A stretch of DNA of 40,828 nucleotides from Selenomonadaceae bacterium (GCA_041669965.1 JBAYAD010000001.1:1-40828), one strand, 5' to 3'; counted from the first letter of the stretch, positions 1 through 9,625 are shown. The notes: generated from the letters alone by a model not told the origin. A program made the numbers and translations.

Positions 1-268
1 CATTGACATCCTGGGAGCAATTGTACTTAGGTGCGGCAAATACGCTATCTGACCACATATACCCTTTGATCAACCCGATGCAATCAAAGACCTGCTTACC
101 CAACTGTGACTTGTATGCAGCCTGTCTATTTGCTGTGTAATGTGACGGCAGGCGTTCGGTATTATATTTCAAAATTGTTTCGGTCGCTATCTGACCAAAC
201 GTTCCGTTCCAGTATGGAGCGCCCAAATGTGCGCTCGCATAAGCGGCCAGTCCTGTATTCGTTTTCAT
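1..268 (-). CDS. Endolysin, N-terminal part of NlpC/P60 (C40) peptidase domain; ORF runs off the left window edge
   Basis: Own translation from ATG at 268 (SD GGGAGG upstream): MKTNTGLAAYASAHLGAPYWNGTFGQ...LGKQVFDCIGLIKGYMWSDSVFAAPKYNCSQDVN. It stays open to nt 1. DCxGLxKG is the NlpC/P60 catalytic-Cys motif. Missing from the ORF track because it is truncated. Confidence 0.75.
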   Translation of the reverse strand, partial: MKTNTGLAAYASAHLGAPYWNGTFGQIATETILKYNTERLPSHYTANRQAAYKSQLGKQVFDCIGLIKGYMWSDSVFAAPKYNCSQDVN

Positions 269-282
269 TTTTGTATTCCTCC

Positions 283-1815
283 CTATCTTTTCAGATATTC
301 TACGGTCAAGGTCGGTTTGGTTACATTATCGGTCGTGATGTTGGTAGAGCCGTTCCAGGTGTCAGCCGTGATCGGTGTGAGCTGTGCGGCGGTGGGCGTG
401 GCTAACTGATAAGTGTAATACACAGGATTATTCGTCAGCCATGTATGCAGTGCCGTATTGGCATCTGCGAGCAACTCACTGCCGGTCAAGCCCATAACAG
501 TATAATCAGGATACCAGTATGCATGAGCAACACCTGTAAACACGCCTATCGTATTTAATCCACCTATGCCCGAATTGTTTACAATTGCAGCGTTACAATA
601 GCCGAGAGAATTTGTACCTACTTTTTTATTCGGAGCTAAATCAAGAATTCTCTTTGTTGTTGCGTTCCAGTCGTTCCAATTTATAAGTGGCGGTATAATA
701 CGCAGTCCAATATTCCCTACCGCCATGCCCAAATCATCTATCGTATCCTTTACCCCATTCGGCAAACTGCCGCCAACAAAGCCTGCCGGAAGCGTGATGT
801 CGGTGGTGGTATAGCCTTGATAAGGGGTGTATGCGGTAGCGGTTGATCCTAGTTCAAGCTGTACGTTGTTGAAGATTGATATACCTTCCGTTCCTGAGCT
901 TGCATACAGCAGGACTAATAGTCTATCATTGCTGCCGGAATTAAATAATCCTGTACCAGATTTTAACGACGCGGCGGGTGTTGTTCCATTTATTGTGGCA
1001 AAAACCGCACCAAATCCAAACCCAGATAGTCTTGAATAGTTTAAACAATATACAGTATTCTTTAGCACTGTAACTAGGTATATAACATACCACTTGCCTG
1101 TTACCGTTATTGTTGTTCCGTCTACACTGTGCGTAGTGTCTACCCTGCTATCTGTAATATTGTCTTTGTCAAATATATTTTTCCCATGGCTCGCCACCCT
1201 AAAATACCGCTCATCACCAGAGGATAATATCGGCGATGGATAATCTGGAGATGGTGAATTTGGCACAAATGCGGCGTAGGCTGTACCTACTGTACCAAGT
1301 TCAAACTGCTGTATATCGATACCTGTTATTAGAGAAGAAAACCGTATATATGCTGCTCCAACTGGCGATGTAAATGTTCTGTTATCTGTGCCACTATTTT
1401 GAAGTGACGATATGAACGTTTTTGATGCATCGTAAAAGCAAATTCCTACTAAGGCCGAAAGTACGTTACTTTTAATAGTATAAGCAGTTGATGCTAAGAT
1501 TGTTATGTAAGCAGAGACATACCATGTTGCATCAACCCCAAGCGTACCATCTGACTTCTTTAAGTATCTACCCTGCGTTGCCCTTGTTTTGTCGAACAAA
1601 TTCTTCCCCTGCGTGGTCTGTGCTTGCGTGGATAAACCCTCGAATGCTACTTTGCATTTGTGATTGTAGGTTCCCGTCAGTGCTAAACTCGTGCCGCTTG
1701 CTTCTGCTTCCTGGTACCCCGATACCAGCTGCGAGCCTTGGTATATGCGCACGGGTGCATAATCACCTTTGAACACTTCTGCCGGCTTGTCACCTATATA
1801 TAAGCTCATGCGCAC
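283..1815 (-). CDS. Tail fibre / receptor-binding protein with two tandem jelly-roll-like modules
   Basis: 510-aa ORF at the distal end of the tail module. Contains two modules that each start GKN[LI]FDK and end (F/L)ELG(T/S)..TAY, a pattern typical of Firmicutes phage RBP tips. Confidence 0.6.
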   Translation of the reverse strand: MRMSLYIGDKPAEVFKGDYAPVRIYQGSQLVSGYQEAEASGTSLALTGTYNHKCKVAFEGLSTQAQTTQGKNLFDKTRATQGRYLKKSDGTLGVDATWYVSAYITILASTAYTIKSNVLSALVGICFYDASKTFISSLQNSGTDNRTFTSPVGAAYIRFSSLITGIDIQQFELGTVGTAYAAFVPNSPSPDYPSPILSSGDERYFRVASHGKNIFDKDNITDSRVDTTHSVDGTTITVTGKWYVIYLVTVLKNTVYCLNYSRLSGFGFGAVFATINGTTPAASLKSGTGLFNSGSNDRLLVLLYASSGTEGISIFNNVQLELGSTATAYTPYQGYTTTDITLPAGFVGGSLPNGVKDTIDDLGMAVGNIGLRIIPPLINWNDWNATTKRILDLAPNKKVGTNSLGYCNAAIVNNSGIGGLNTIGVFTGVAHAYWYPDYTVMGLTGSELLADANTALHTWLTNNPVYYTYQLATPTAAQLTPITADTWNGSTNITTDNVTKPTLTVEYLKR

Positions 1816-1821
1816 CCCTCC

Positions 1822-2859
1822 TTAATCAGGTACAACGATGTAGATCGTATCCGGATCGATCGCGGCAATATCATACTGGCTTTGCGTCATGCCCACAATG
1901 CGCTTATTGTTGATGGTATTGGCATTCTCTGCATTGGTCGCAGTAGTAGCATTGCCTGCCTGCACAGCGTAGGATGTGCCCCAAACGACCCAGTTATCAC
2001 GGACGGTAGCGTCACCGTCACCCAGCAGCTGATAGGTTTTTGTAACAGTCTTTACACCATCAACCAGTTCAATCACTTCCGCCAGATCGCCACGCTGCGC
2101 AGTGAGTGAAGTCAATCCGCTGTCATCCGCAACCTCATGTATGTCCTGGATCGCCGTGGCCGGTATTTGTGTCATTGGTACTTTGCCGCCGACCAGTGAT
2201 GCAATGTCAATGCCGATCATGGCCAGCAGATCAGACAGCGCCTGCTGCGCTTCTTCGGCAGATAAGGCAGCCGCACCCACGTGGACATCTACCTGCTCTA
2301 CCACTTGCTGCGCTGCTCCAGTTGCAATAACAGCGTTATCTGTAGCAACGATCGCATTTTCAGTAGCCGTCACGGCTGCACCGGATACCGCTTCCAGTCC
2401 GGTCAGATCGTCCTGCAGCTCAGTTACATCACTTTGTATCCCGATTATATTTTGTTCAACTTGGCTAATCTGTGATAATGTATTTTCCGGTACATATGTC
2501 TGCCCATTTTCATCGTCCTGCAAAACTCTTATTTTGATTGTGCCTGCGGTTACTTGTTGTCCATTATCATAAATTTTTACGGAGCATCTCACACATGCAG
2601 CGTATTCCAATATTTGAGATGATACATTGCATGTAAAGATTCCGTTTTCTATTACAAGGTTTTCATAAAAAGGGGCACCGTCATATAGCCGCTTGAAAAA
2701 GCATTTCCCCGAATAATTTGCTAATTCTACGGTTGCTCCGCTTTTCATGATCTCAAAATCTAGCTTTCCAAGATTGTCATTTTGAAAAAAAAGCAGTTCA
2801 TCTTTTAATGAATCTGCTATTTTATCAATGTCAATTTTGACTAAGTAAGATCTGTTCAT
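1822..2859 (-). CDS. Tail fibre protein (BppU-N-like N-terminus, central Ala-rich coiled coil, conserved fibre C-terminus)
   Basis: N-terminus has IDIDK...FFQNDNLGKLDFEI. It is followed by a low-complexity A/V/T coiled region. C-terminus has GGKVPMTQIP...GDLAEV...W and ends ...DTIYIVVPD, as in many prophage fibres. Confidence 0.6.
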   Translation of the reverse strand: MNRSYLVKIDIDKIADSLKDELLFFQNDNLGKLDFEIMKSGATVELANYSGKCFFKRLYDGAPFYENLVIENGIFTCNVSSQILEYAACVRCSVKIYDNGQQVTAGTIKIRVLQDDENGQTYVPENTLSQISQVEQNIIGIQSDVTELQDDLTGLEAVSGAAVTATENAIVATDNAVIATGAAQQVVEQVDVHVGAAALSAEEAQQALSDLLAMIGIDIASLVGGKVPMTQIPATAIQDIHEVADDSGLTSLTAQRGDLAEVIELVDGVKTVTKTYQLLGDGDATVRDNWVVWGTSYAVQAGNATTATNAENANTINNKRIVGMTQSQYDIAAIDPDTIYIVVPD

Positions 2860-3371
2860 CCGTTTTCACCATCCTGCGAATTTCCATCTGTATCTTGTAA
2901 CTTTTCAGAGCTATCTGTTGTGGTAATAACCGAAGAACCATTATCCCCTTTTTTACGCATTGCTTCCAATGCATTCAAAATAACATTTGGAAAAGGCACT
3001 CCCATAATCGAAAGATTCTCTACAATCGAAATACCTTCATTTCCAATAAAAAACCATATGACTGTTGTCTTGCATATGTCCTTTCCTCCCATTGCGAGAT
3101 CAAGTTGAATTGCTAATAATACAGCTGCAAGTATTCCCATTTTTCTGATCAATCCCTTGAAGCATGCCTTACTTTCCAATCCACCAGTTAATGACTTTGC
3201 GCTCTTTTTCCATACCGTGGCAACTGCCAGCCCTGTTCCAAAGTCTAATGACATTGCCACGATCAGAGCTGTCATATTCCCATCCCACCCTCCAAGCAAA
3301 TTTGTAATTATAGTACCTGCTGTTGCCACTCCCGACAAAATCAAATTCTTAGCTGTTAGTATGTTGTTCAT
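2856..3371 (-). CDS. Holin, Phage_holin_4_1 (toxin secretion/phage lysis holin) family
   Basis: Signature LGGWDGNMTALIVAMSLDFGTGL...FKGLIRKMGIL...FFIGNEGISIVENLSIMGVPFP with several predicted TM helices. Confidence 0.85.
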   Translation of the reverse strand: MNNILTAKNLILSGVATAGTIITNLLGGWDGNMTALIVAMSLDFGTGLAVATVWKKSAKSLTGGLESKACFKGLIRKMGILAAVLLAIQLDLAMGGKDICKTTVIWFFIGNEGISIVENLSIMGVPFPNVILNALEAMRKKGDNGSSVITTTDSSEKLQDTDGNSQDGENG

Positions 3372-3409
3372 TTTTTACCTCCGTATATTAATTTTTTATG
3401 ATTGTCTTA

Positions 3410-4381
3410 TCAATACGCAAATGTCGTAAAACTAAAATATAATAGATCTCCAGCAAGCATGTCCGAGATTTTAAGTTTATCTCCTTTTATTACATCTGCG
3501 CTGTACTGGTATGCCTTATATACATACATTGCTCTATTTTTATCTTCCATTATCCCATATACATAAAGCGCTTTTGTTGTGCTTATACCACTTAAATTGA
3601 TTGGAGTAAATAAAATTGTTTGGAGCCCTGAAAATGAATTTGGAAACCATATGCGTATGTTATCAGTGCTAGAATTTACTTGCGTCTTTTGTATATATCC
3701 ATTGATATTAAACATATCATCCTTGCGAATCATTGTATATGAACCATTCATGCCGGTAACCGACTGTTCATTTATGAGATCCGTACCAATAATTGGCGTC
3801 ATCGTAAATCTACTTATAAGTGGTTTCCCATCGTAGTCATAGCATCCTTGCAAATACACCATTGAAGGTGATTTCAGTGCTTCCATCGTTGGATCTAGAA
3901 TACAGTTTTTCAGAATGATAATCGTCCCAGGAGCTGATCCTGTCGGCAGCTGTATCCGGTTAATTTCAACATCTTCAAATATGCATTTGCAATTATTTCC
4001 GAATATGATCTTGTTGATTCCGTTTCTTTGATTTATTACAGCACCGTATCTCCCTTTTATATGAATATAGCTATTGTCAATAATATTATGATCGCTCGTC
4101 AAGTCATAGCATTTTGATACAACCTGAACAATTGCATTTACAATTGCATAGTCAAGCAGATTATGTCCAGCTCCACTTCCGCTATAAGCTGTCATGCTAT
4201 CGCACAATATATAAAGTGGATCATTTGAAACTGCGTAATCTTCTGTTACCACCAGTTTATCGTAGTCTGCTCTTGTTTTTATAATCTTGTCAATTTTTGT
4301 GAAGTTCTCGTTAAAAGGGACTTGGTTTAAGTCATCGGAATCTTCCGGCAGGTTTAAATTTATATTGGCTGTATGTGTCAT
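3410..4381 (-). CDS. Tail fibre / baseplate-distal protein, possibly beta-helical
   Basis: N-terminal INLNLPEDSDDLNQVPFNENFTKID motif is common at fibre N-termini. Repetitive N/I/G-rich middle region. Lies directly after the baseplate genes. Confidence 0.5.
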   Translation of the reverse strand: MTHTANINLNLPEDSDDLNQVPFNENFTKIDKIIKTRADYDKLVVTEDYAVSNDPLYILCDSMTAYSGSGAGHNLLDYAIVNAIVQVVSKCYDLTSDHNIIDNSYIHIKGRYGAVINQRNGINKIIFGNNCKCIFEDVEINRIQLPTGSAPGTIIILKNCILDPTMEALKSPSMVYLQGCYDYDGKPLISRFTMTPIIGTDLINEQSVTGMNGSYTMIRKDDMFNINGYIQKTQVNSSTDNIRIWFPNSFSGLQTILFTPINLSGISTTKALYVYGIMEDKNRAMYVYKAYQYSADVIKGDKLKISDMLAGDLLYFSFTTFAY

Positions 4382-4401
4382 ATTTTTTCCTCCTATTTAT
4401 A

Positions 4402-4980
4402 TCATCCTACTGAAAAGCTTTTGTTCCATTGCATCATTTCTGCTTTTACATCCCCCCATGTTTTTACTTGTTTGAAATATCCCCATTGTGGCCATGAGAA
4501 TATTCCATCACAGATAGATCTACAATTTTTTATTTGATTTATCCTATCAATAACTTCATTGTATTTATCTGTACCTTTTTGATATAGCAAATTTTCTGTG
4601 CTGAAAGAAAAGTGATATGGTTCTCCTCCATATTGGTACCACTCATGAAATACAATATCAGAATAATATGTATCAATCACTCTTCTGATAGCCCAGATAG
4701 TTCCCATCTTACTGTGAATATAGTCAGCTTGTGCTATGATCTGCCGTTTTGTTTCTACTGGTGCCGCATAATCATACCATTCAATATGCATAGACACTGC
4801 CAACTCATCAAGGACTGCTGCTGCAATCAGTTCATTACCCACTATTTTCGCAGTTTGTCTCAGTTCTATATCCAATGCATTATAAACGGCGTTAACGCAT
4901 TTAGCGATTGCTGCTGCCGAATCATCTTTCTGCAAAAATTTTGGTATCAGCTCAATCATATCTATGCTATTTGTTTTCAT
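4402..4980 (-). CDS. Baseplate/tail protein, P2 gpI / XkdU-like position
   Basis: Start moved to ATG 4980 (MKTNSIDMIE). It has SD GGAGGA and an ATGA overlap with the stop of the J-like gene. Follows baseplate J as gpI does in P2-like and PBSX-like tails. Confidence 0.5.
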   Translation of the reverse strand: MKTNSIDMIELIPKFLQKDDSAAAIAKCVNAVYNALDIELRQTAKIVGNELIAAAVLDELAVSMHIEWYDYAAPVETKRQIIAQADYIHSKMGTIWAIRRVIDTYYSDIVFHEWYQYGGEPYHFSFSTENLLYQKGTDKYNEVIDRINQIKNCRSICDGIFSWPQWGYFKQVKTWGDVKAEMMQWNKSFSVG

Positions 4981-6065
4981 AATGATCCTCCGTATGTCAC
5001 AGTGCTTTCTGTGCATACAGGTATTTCGTACTCATACAGTATTGTGTTTGTAGGGCTGCTTACTGTTACCCTGTACGCACCTGCATTGATTACGGCCGCT
5101 ATTAGAGCGTCTTGATTGATGGATTCACCAATCTTCGCCGTCTGCAGTTTGTAGCTTTCCACGGCTTCCGCAACTGCTTGCGCAATGATTGTTTGTTTGT
5201 CAGCATCCGCTTTTTTTATGTAATACGTAATGTTAATTGCATATTCTCTTGATGTAGCCGGTACGACAGTGAGTTGATCGGTTAATACTCTCAGTTGATT
5301 TGTCTCAAAATATTCCGCTACCGCATTTGCGATTTCAATAGATATCGGTGCTCCATTTTTATCTGCCAGCATTATATTTACTTTTCCTGCAGATGGGCTA
5401 TATACATGAGCTTGCCCTACAGCATTGCTTGCTTTTAGTGCAAAAAACTTATACGCCGCAGCAGGACCAGCACTGCTATATGCAGCAGATGCTGACATTA
5501 CCCGTTGACGGAATGCTGCATCGCTTTCAATATCTAATCCTCCATATGATGTTATCGTATTTTCTGCTGATGTAATACGCGGAATAAGATCCACCATGGT
5601 ATTAATACTTCCTGTAAGTATATTATTTGATTCCGCCCCTGCTACAGTTGCAAAAGCTATGCATTCTCCTTCAGTAGCACCGTCTGGTATTGTGATCTGT
5701 TCCGCAGTTTCGAAAAATATTACACCATCACCGGTCACTCTGGTTCCGGCTGGTATTATGGTATAGTCTGCATATGCCTGTGGCAGCGTAAATTTTATTA
5801 TTGTTTTTGCCGCTTCTGCTTGCAGTCTCTCTACACCACGGTTTTCACCAATTAGATCTAAAAATTCACCTTCTGCGTATTGCGCAAAGTTGTTAGACAT
5901 AACACCATTGAAATCATTAGCCAGCGTTGCTGTTATATATGCAAAAATATAAAGAAGTATTTTTCTTGAATCACCATTGTATAGTGTCTCTCCTGTTTCT
6001 GTTTTAAATTGTTCTGTTATCTGTTCAAGCAGAATACTTGGATCTCTTTCAATGAAATTACGCAT
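4977..6065 (-). CDS. Baseplate J-like protein
   Basis: 362 aa, typical size and position. Sequence has a Baseplate_J-like character and overlaps the neighbouring baseplate genes. Confidence 0.75.
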   Translation of the reverse strand: MRNFIERDPSILLEQITEQFKTETGETLYNGDSRKILLYIFAYITATLANDFNGVMSNNFAQYAEGEFLDLIGENRGVERLQAEAAKTIIKFTLPQAYADYTIIPAGTRVTGDGVIFFETAEQITIPDGATEGECIAFATVAGAESNNILTGSINTMVDLIPRITSAENTITSYGGLDIESDAAFRQRVMSASAAYSSAGPAAAYKFFALKASNAVGQAHVYSPSAGKVNIMLADKNGAPISIEIANAVAEYFETNQLRVLTDQLTVVPATSREYAINITYYIKKADADKQTIIAQAVAEAVESYKLQTAKIGESINQDALIAAVINAGAYRVTVSSPTNTILYEYEIPVCTESTVTYGGSL

Positions 6066-6315
6066 GGCTCCAGTTCACCTCCAGTTTTTCACCATCAAAA
6101 CTTATACCAGTTATTTGCGCGCGTGGTTCATTTTTTACAAGCATATTTGCAATATCTGAATTTGCAATTATGTTTTGATCTGTACCATCAATAATGTCAG
6201 AATTCATCCCTGCCGCAGACATAAATGGTGTTTCTCCAATATGCATCTCAATTAGATTATTTATATTCTGCTGTATGGTTTGTTCTCCTGATAAATTCCA
6301 ATCTATTACTTTCAT
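6058..6315 (-). CDS. Baseplate wedge protein, gp25/gpW-like
   Basis: 85 aa. The motif IGETPFMSAAGMNSDI...NEPRAQI resembles the GPW_gp25 family. Sits immediately upstream of the J-like gene. Confidence 0.6.
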   Translation of the reverse strand: MKVIDWNLSGEQTIQQNINNLIEMHIGETPFMSAAGMNSDIIDGTDQNIIANSDIANMLVKNEPRAQITGISFDGEKLEVNWSHA

Positions 6316-6328
6316 GGTTGTCCTCCAT

Positions 6329-6784
6329 TTACTCTGTCAAATCACTGTCGTATCCTTCTGCAGTTGTGCTTTCATCTTCTGTTTCGGTAGTCCATCCAAT
6401 ATGCTCTTTCATTGATACCGATAGATCAGTTCTCCATATTTGTCCTTTTTGGTAAGTGAGTTTTGATTCGCTTACACCAGTGATGATCCATTGTTTTCCG
6501 TCACTTTTATTCCCAATAAAAAGCGTGCTGACTACTTTGTTATCCATCATGGATATGAGTGTCTTTAATTGATATTCAATGTTTCCACATATATCTCTTC
6601 TCAATATCATTGTAAATGTCATTTTACTAAGCTCAGGCCCTTTGAATATCGTAAGCGGTCTCCCGCCATCTACTTCTTGATCTTGTGTAGATACACTATG
6701 GCTACGTGTCATTGAACTAAATGTAACAGCAGTGTTGCTGTTAACGTAAAATCTTATACTCCCGAAGCTTCCTATATTGGCCAT
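6329..6784 (-). CDS. Tail/baseplate protein with P2 GpU-like sequence pattern
   Basis: Pattern GSFGSIRFYV...RPLTIFKGPEL...WIITGVSES...DLSVSMKE resembles the Phage_P2_GpU family profile as I remember it. The position is atypical for that family. Confidence 0.4.
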   Translation of the reverse strand: MANIGSFGSIRFYVNSNTAVTFSSMTRSHSVSTQDQEVDGGRPLTIFKGPELSKMTFTMILRRDICGNIEYQLKTLISMMDNKVVSTLFIGNKSDGKQWIITGVSESKLTYQKGQIWRTDLSVSMKEHIGWTTETEDESTTAEGYDSDLTE

Positions 6785-6984
6785 TACAGCACCCCCAATA
6801 ATACGCCACTACCGTATCCGTTTGAGTAAAATGCCACAGCCACGCGATCTCCGATTATAATATCTGCTGGATCAATGTGTTTTGGCACATCAATATCAGC
6901 AGATACCGTTCGCTCTGTCCCCATAACATATACTCTGATTTTTTTTACTGAAATTGCAGCTTGTACTATGCAAGTTTTTATCAT
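6784..6984 (-). CDS. Small baseplate/spike-associated protein (XkdR-like position)
   Basis: 66-aa ORF with TAATG and ATGA-type overlaps to its neighbours. Call is by position only. Confidence 0.35.
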   Translation of the reverse strand: MIKTCIVQAAISVKKIRVYVMGTERTVSADIDVPKHIDPADIIIGDRVAVAFYSNGYGSGVLLGVL

Positions 6985-7868
6985 ACTAACCGCCTCCCCG
7001 TACAGTAAAGTTGCTTCCGGCTGTAGCTATAACAAACTTCGGTAACTGCAAAAGTACCTCTTGTCTCATATCCTTGTATTATCATTCGATTCCCAGCGCA
7101 AATGCGCTGGTTAGAATCGCAGCACACCGACATCGTGTACTCTGTCCGATTGCGTCTATATGCAATGCCTGTGGCCAGTCTGTGAGCCTCTCCTCCGCTA
7201 TATACAGGTACATCATCTATATATAATTCTGTCCCGTATGTGCAGCTAGAAGCAACTTTGTCTTTATGTACATTATCTCCGTCATAATATTCAACACTCA
7301 CAGATCTAACAAGTCCGCTATCATCAGAAATAAACCGAGGAGGCTCTGCAGGTATTATGGTTACTATTGGCTGTGAATTAATAATTGTATCATTTGTGAT
7401 CACAATTTTATGATTAAATAGCTTGAAATCGCATGATTCACGCAGGCATAAATTCTCCAATAATCCAATTGTGTTGAGCTTAATACGATCGAATCTACGA
7501 TAAATAGCATTTACGCAAGAAATGTTTTGCAGCGCATATCCGCCTAATTCCTTTGTAGCTTCCAGTAATAACTCCATGAATGTAATTTGTTCATAGGTTT
7601 TTGTTATCGGAGATAACGCTTTTAATGGATATGCATAACAGTTTATATCTTGCATATCCCTTTGCTCCTCTATTTTTGATATATACATTGATCCGCTGCT
7701 GATCTGATTCACTACAAATTCAATGGCATCATTCTTTTTAAATTCAACATATGATGATGTTTTTGATATATAAAGTTCATCAGATTGGCAGCATGTCCTG
7801 TCCTTATATTCGGCATTAATAAGTTTAATTTTTGAAGTAATATCCTTGTCATTAAGCAAAACCTGCAT
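6981..7868 (-). CDS. Baseplate hub / late-control-D (XkdQ)-like protein
   Basis: 295 aa. Lies directly after the LysM-like protein and the tape measure, as gpD/XkdQ does. Confidence 0.5.
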   Translation of the reverse strand: MQVLLNDKDITSKIKLINAEYKDRTCCQSDELYISKTSSYVEFKKNDAIEFVVNQISSGSMYISKIEEQRDMQDINCYAYPLKALSPITKTYEQITFMELLLEATKELGGYALQNISCVNAIYRRFDRIKLNTIGLLENLCLRESCDFKLFNHKIVITNDTIINSQPIVTIIPAEPPRFISDDSGLVRSVSVEYYDGDNVHKDKVASSCTYGTELYIDDVPVYSGGEAHRLATGIAYRRNRTEYTMSVCCDSNQRICAGNRMIIQGYETRGTFAVTEVCYSYSRKQLYCTGRRLV

Positions 7869-7869
7869 A

Positions 7870-8100
7870 TTACCGCCTCCACTCCGGAAGCATGGTTGGC
7901 TTCTGTTTTTTTATGATAGGCAGTGATACTGTCTCCCCGCCCTCAAAAATAACAATACCCGCATACTGAGGATTGGCTACCATTAATTCAGCAATGCGGG
8001 TAGAGTTTCCGTAATATTGGACTGCTATCATATCCCACCGTTCACCGGCAGCAGCTATGTGCGTTTTTCCTATTTTAAGTGTTTCCGTGTTATACTGCAC
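7870..8100 (-). CDS. Tail protein X / LysM-like (XkdP-like)
   Basis: 76 aa. GERWDMIAVQYYGN...IAELMVANP is the LysM-like motif of P2 gpX-type proteins. Follows the tape measure. Confidence 0.65.
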   Translation of the reverse strand: MQYNTETLKIGKTHIAAAGERWDMIAVQYYGNSTRIAELMVANPQYAGIVIFEGGETVSLPIIKKQKPTMLPEWRR

Positions 8101-9625
8101 CTACACGCACCCGCTTTCTGATCAGTTCATCAAATAGCCTTTCAAATTCATCAAGTGCTCTCTTCATAGCATCCGTGATCGGTTCCCCGTTGCTGTATAT
8201 ATTCGGAGCAAAAGTAATACTATAATAATCACCGCTTCCAGGTGCCTGTCCAGTGCCTATCATCGCAGCTCTTGCTAATGCTTGTGATCTTGGATTATTG
8301 TTGTATGGTACAACCGCCTCAGTATCTCCACCTTCACCAAGATATTTTATTGCAGGTCTGGTAACAAGTCCTCCGATAGCAAGACCTTCTATTTGCTCTC
8401 CCTCTGTTTTCGTTTTCACTGTTACCGTGGCATCTTTTTTACCAAAAAGTTTTCCGAACCATTCACCTAACGATTTAAACCAATCAACAATTCCTTTAAT
8501 ACCGCTTACAATTCCTTCTTTGATTTTTTCCCAGTTTTTATAAACCGCAATAATTCCTACGGCAAGCAGTGCAATTGCAGCAATAATGGCCAGTATAATC
8601 CATGTCATAGGATTTGCATACATTGCGGCATTATATGCCCATTGGGCTATTGTCATTGTAACAATTGCTGCTGTAATTCCCATAAGTACCGGAGCCACAT
8701 AGTCTTTATTCTGAATAAGAAAAACAATAGCTTTACTTATACCATTTATAATTTTGGGGATATAATCTAACGCTTGAAGCACTTCCGGTTCTGTAAGCAT
8801 ATCTGCAATAGATTTGTAAATATTCGCTTGTTCTGGCATTATCATCGTCCCCAGTTTTTCTTTTATGCCAGCAATTGTATTCTCTGATTGCTTCATTTTA
8901 CCCAAATCAGTCTTTGCAAGTGCTTCGTTCACTCCGCCTACATTCATGGCCAACGCTTCTGTGAGTGCATTTATTTTTTGCTGTTGGGTGCCAAATTTAA
9001 TTGCTTTCTTTTGATTGTCATTCATTATAATTCCATATCGTGTAAGTGCTCCAACCTGTCCCGTTGTAGCCTTTCCGATAAGGTTTGCTATCTGCACTGC
9101 GTCCTGCTGTGTAGCATTTACACCTTTTGATTGCGCAAGCAAGTCTGCCATTCCTGTGCTTAAAGACTTTATTTCGGCACCGTTGAGCTGGAATGTCGCA
9201 AGTTGCTGCATTCCCGAAACAATGATATCATCATCAATAATGCCAATCGATCGTAACTGATCCGCATATGATGTCAGTTCGTTTGTGGTTTTAGCGTAAA
9301 TATCTGCACCTTTTCCTTGCAGTGATACCACATTCTTTAAAAGAGCTTCTAATTTTGCTTGCGCCTGCAGCATGTTATTCGCTTCTGATGTCCAATCTTC
9401 CATCATGCTAAGTGCACCGCGCAAAGAGATATAACCTGCAAGACCTGCCACTGCTGTTTTTAACGTTCCTCCAATTTTACCAAATGCATTATTCATAGCG
9501 GAGGTTTGTTTCTTTGTATTGTTTGCGGCTTTATCTACCTGAGTATTTACACCAGTCATAGCTTTTACAAAACTACTTAATATTTGACCGCCAATTGCAA
9601 TATTGGTTGTATATGTCTTAGCCAT
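8090..9625 (-). CDS. Tail tape measure protein
   Basis: 511 aa, alpha-helical. TP901-type core (ADQLRSIGIIDDDIIVSGMQQLATFQL). Internal hydrophobic TM-like block. Positioned after the chaperone genes. Confidence 0.85.
   Translation of the reverse strand: MAKTYTTNIAIGGQILSSFVKAMTGVNTQVDKAANNTKKQTSAMNNAFGKIGGTLKTAVAGLAGYISLRGALSMMEDWTSEANNMLQAQAKLEALLKNVVSLQGKGADIYAKTTNELTSYADQLRSIGIIDDDIIVSGMQQLATFQLNGAEIKSLSTGMADLLAQSKGVNATQQDAVQIANLIGKATTGQVGALTRYGIIMNDNQKKAIKFGTQQQKINALTEALAMNVGGVNEALAKTDLGKMKQSENTIAGIKEKLGTMIMPEQANIYKSIADMLTEPEVLQALDYIPKIINGISKAIVFLIQNKDYVAPVLMGITAAIVTMTIAQWAYNAAMYANPMTWIILAIIAAIALLAVGIIAVYKNWEKIKEGIVSGIKGIVDWFKSLGEWFGKLFGKKDATVTVKTKTEGEQIEGLAIGGLVTRPAIKYLGEGGDTEAVVPYNNNPRSQALARAAMIGTGQAPGSGDYYSITFAPNIYSNGEPITDAMKRALDEFERLFDELIRKRVRVGAV

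Noticed and set aside
2102-2572. Plus-strand ORFs inside the minus-strand gene block (for example 2102..2572, 15317..15829, 17265..17747, 21500..21988, 23754..24326, 34359..34811)
   Set aside because: All lie antisense to long ORFs with recognisable phage domains. They lack SDs and translate to Ser/Cys/Leu-rich low-complexity sequence. These are typical antisense shadow ORFs.
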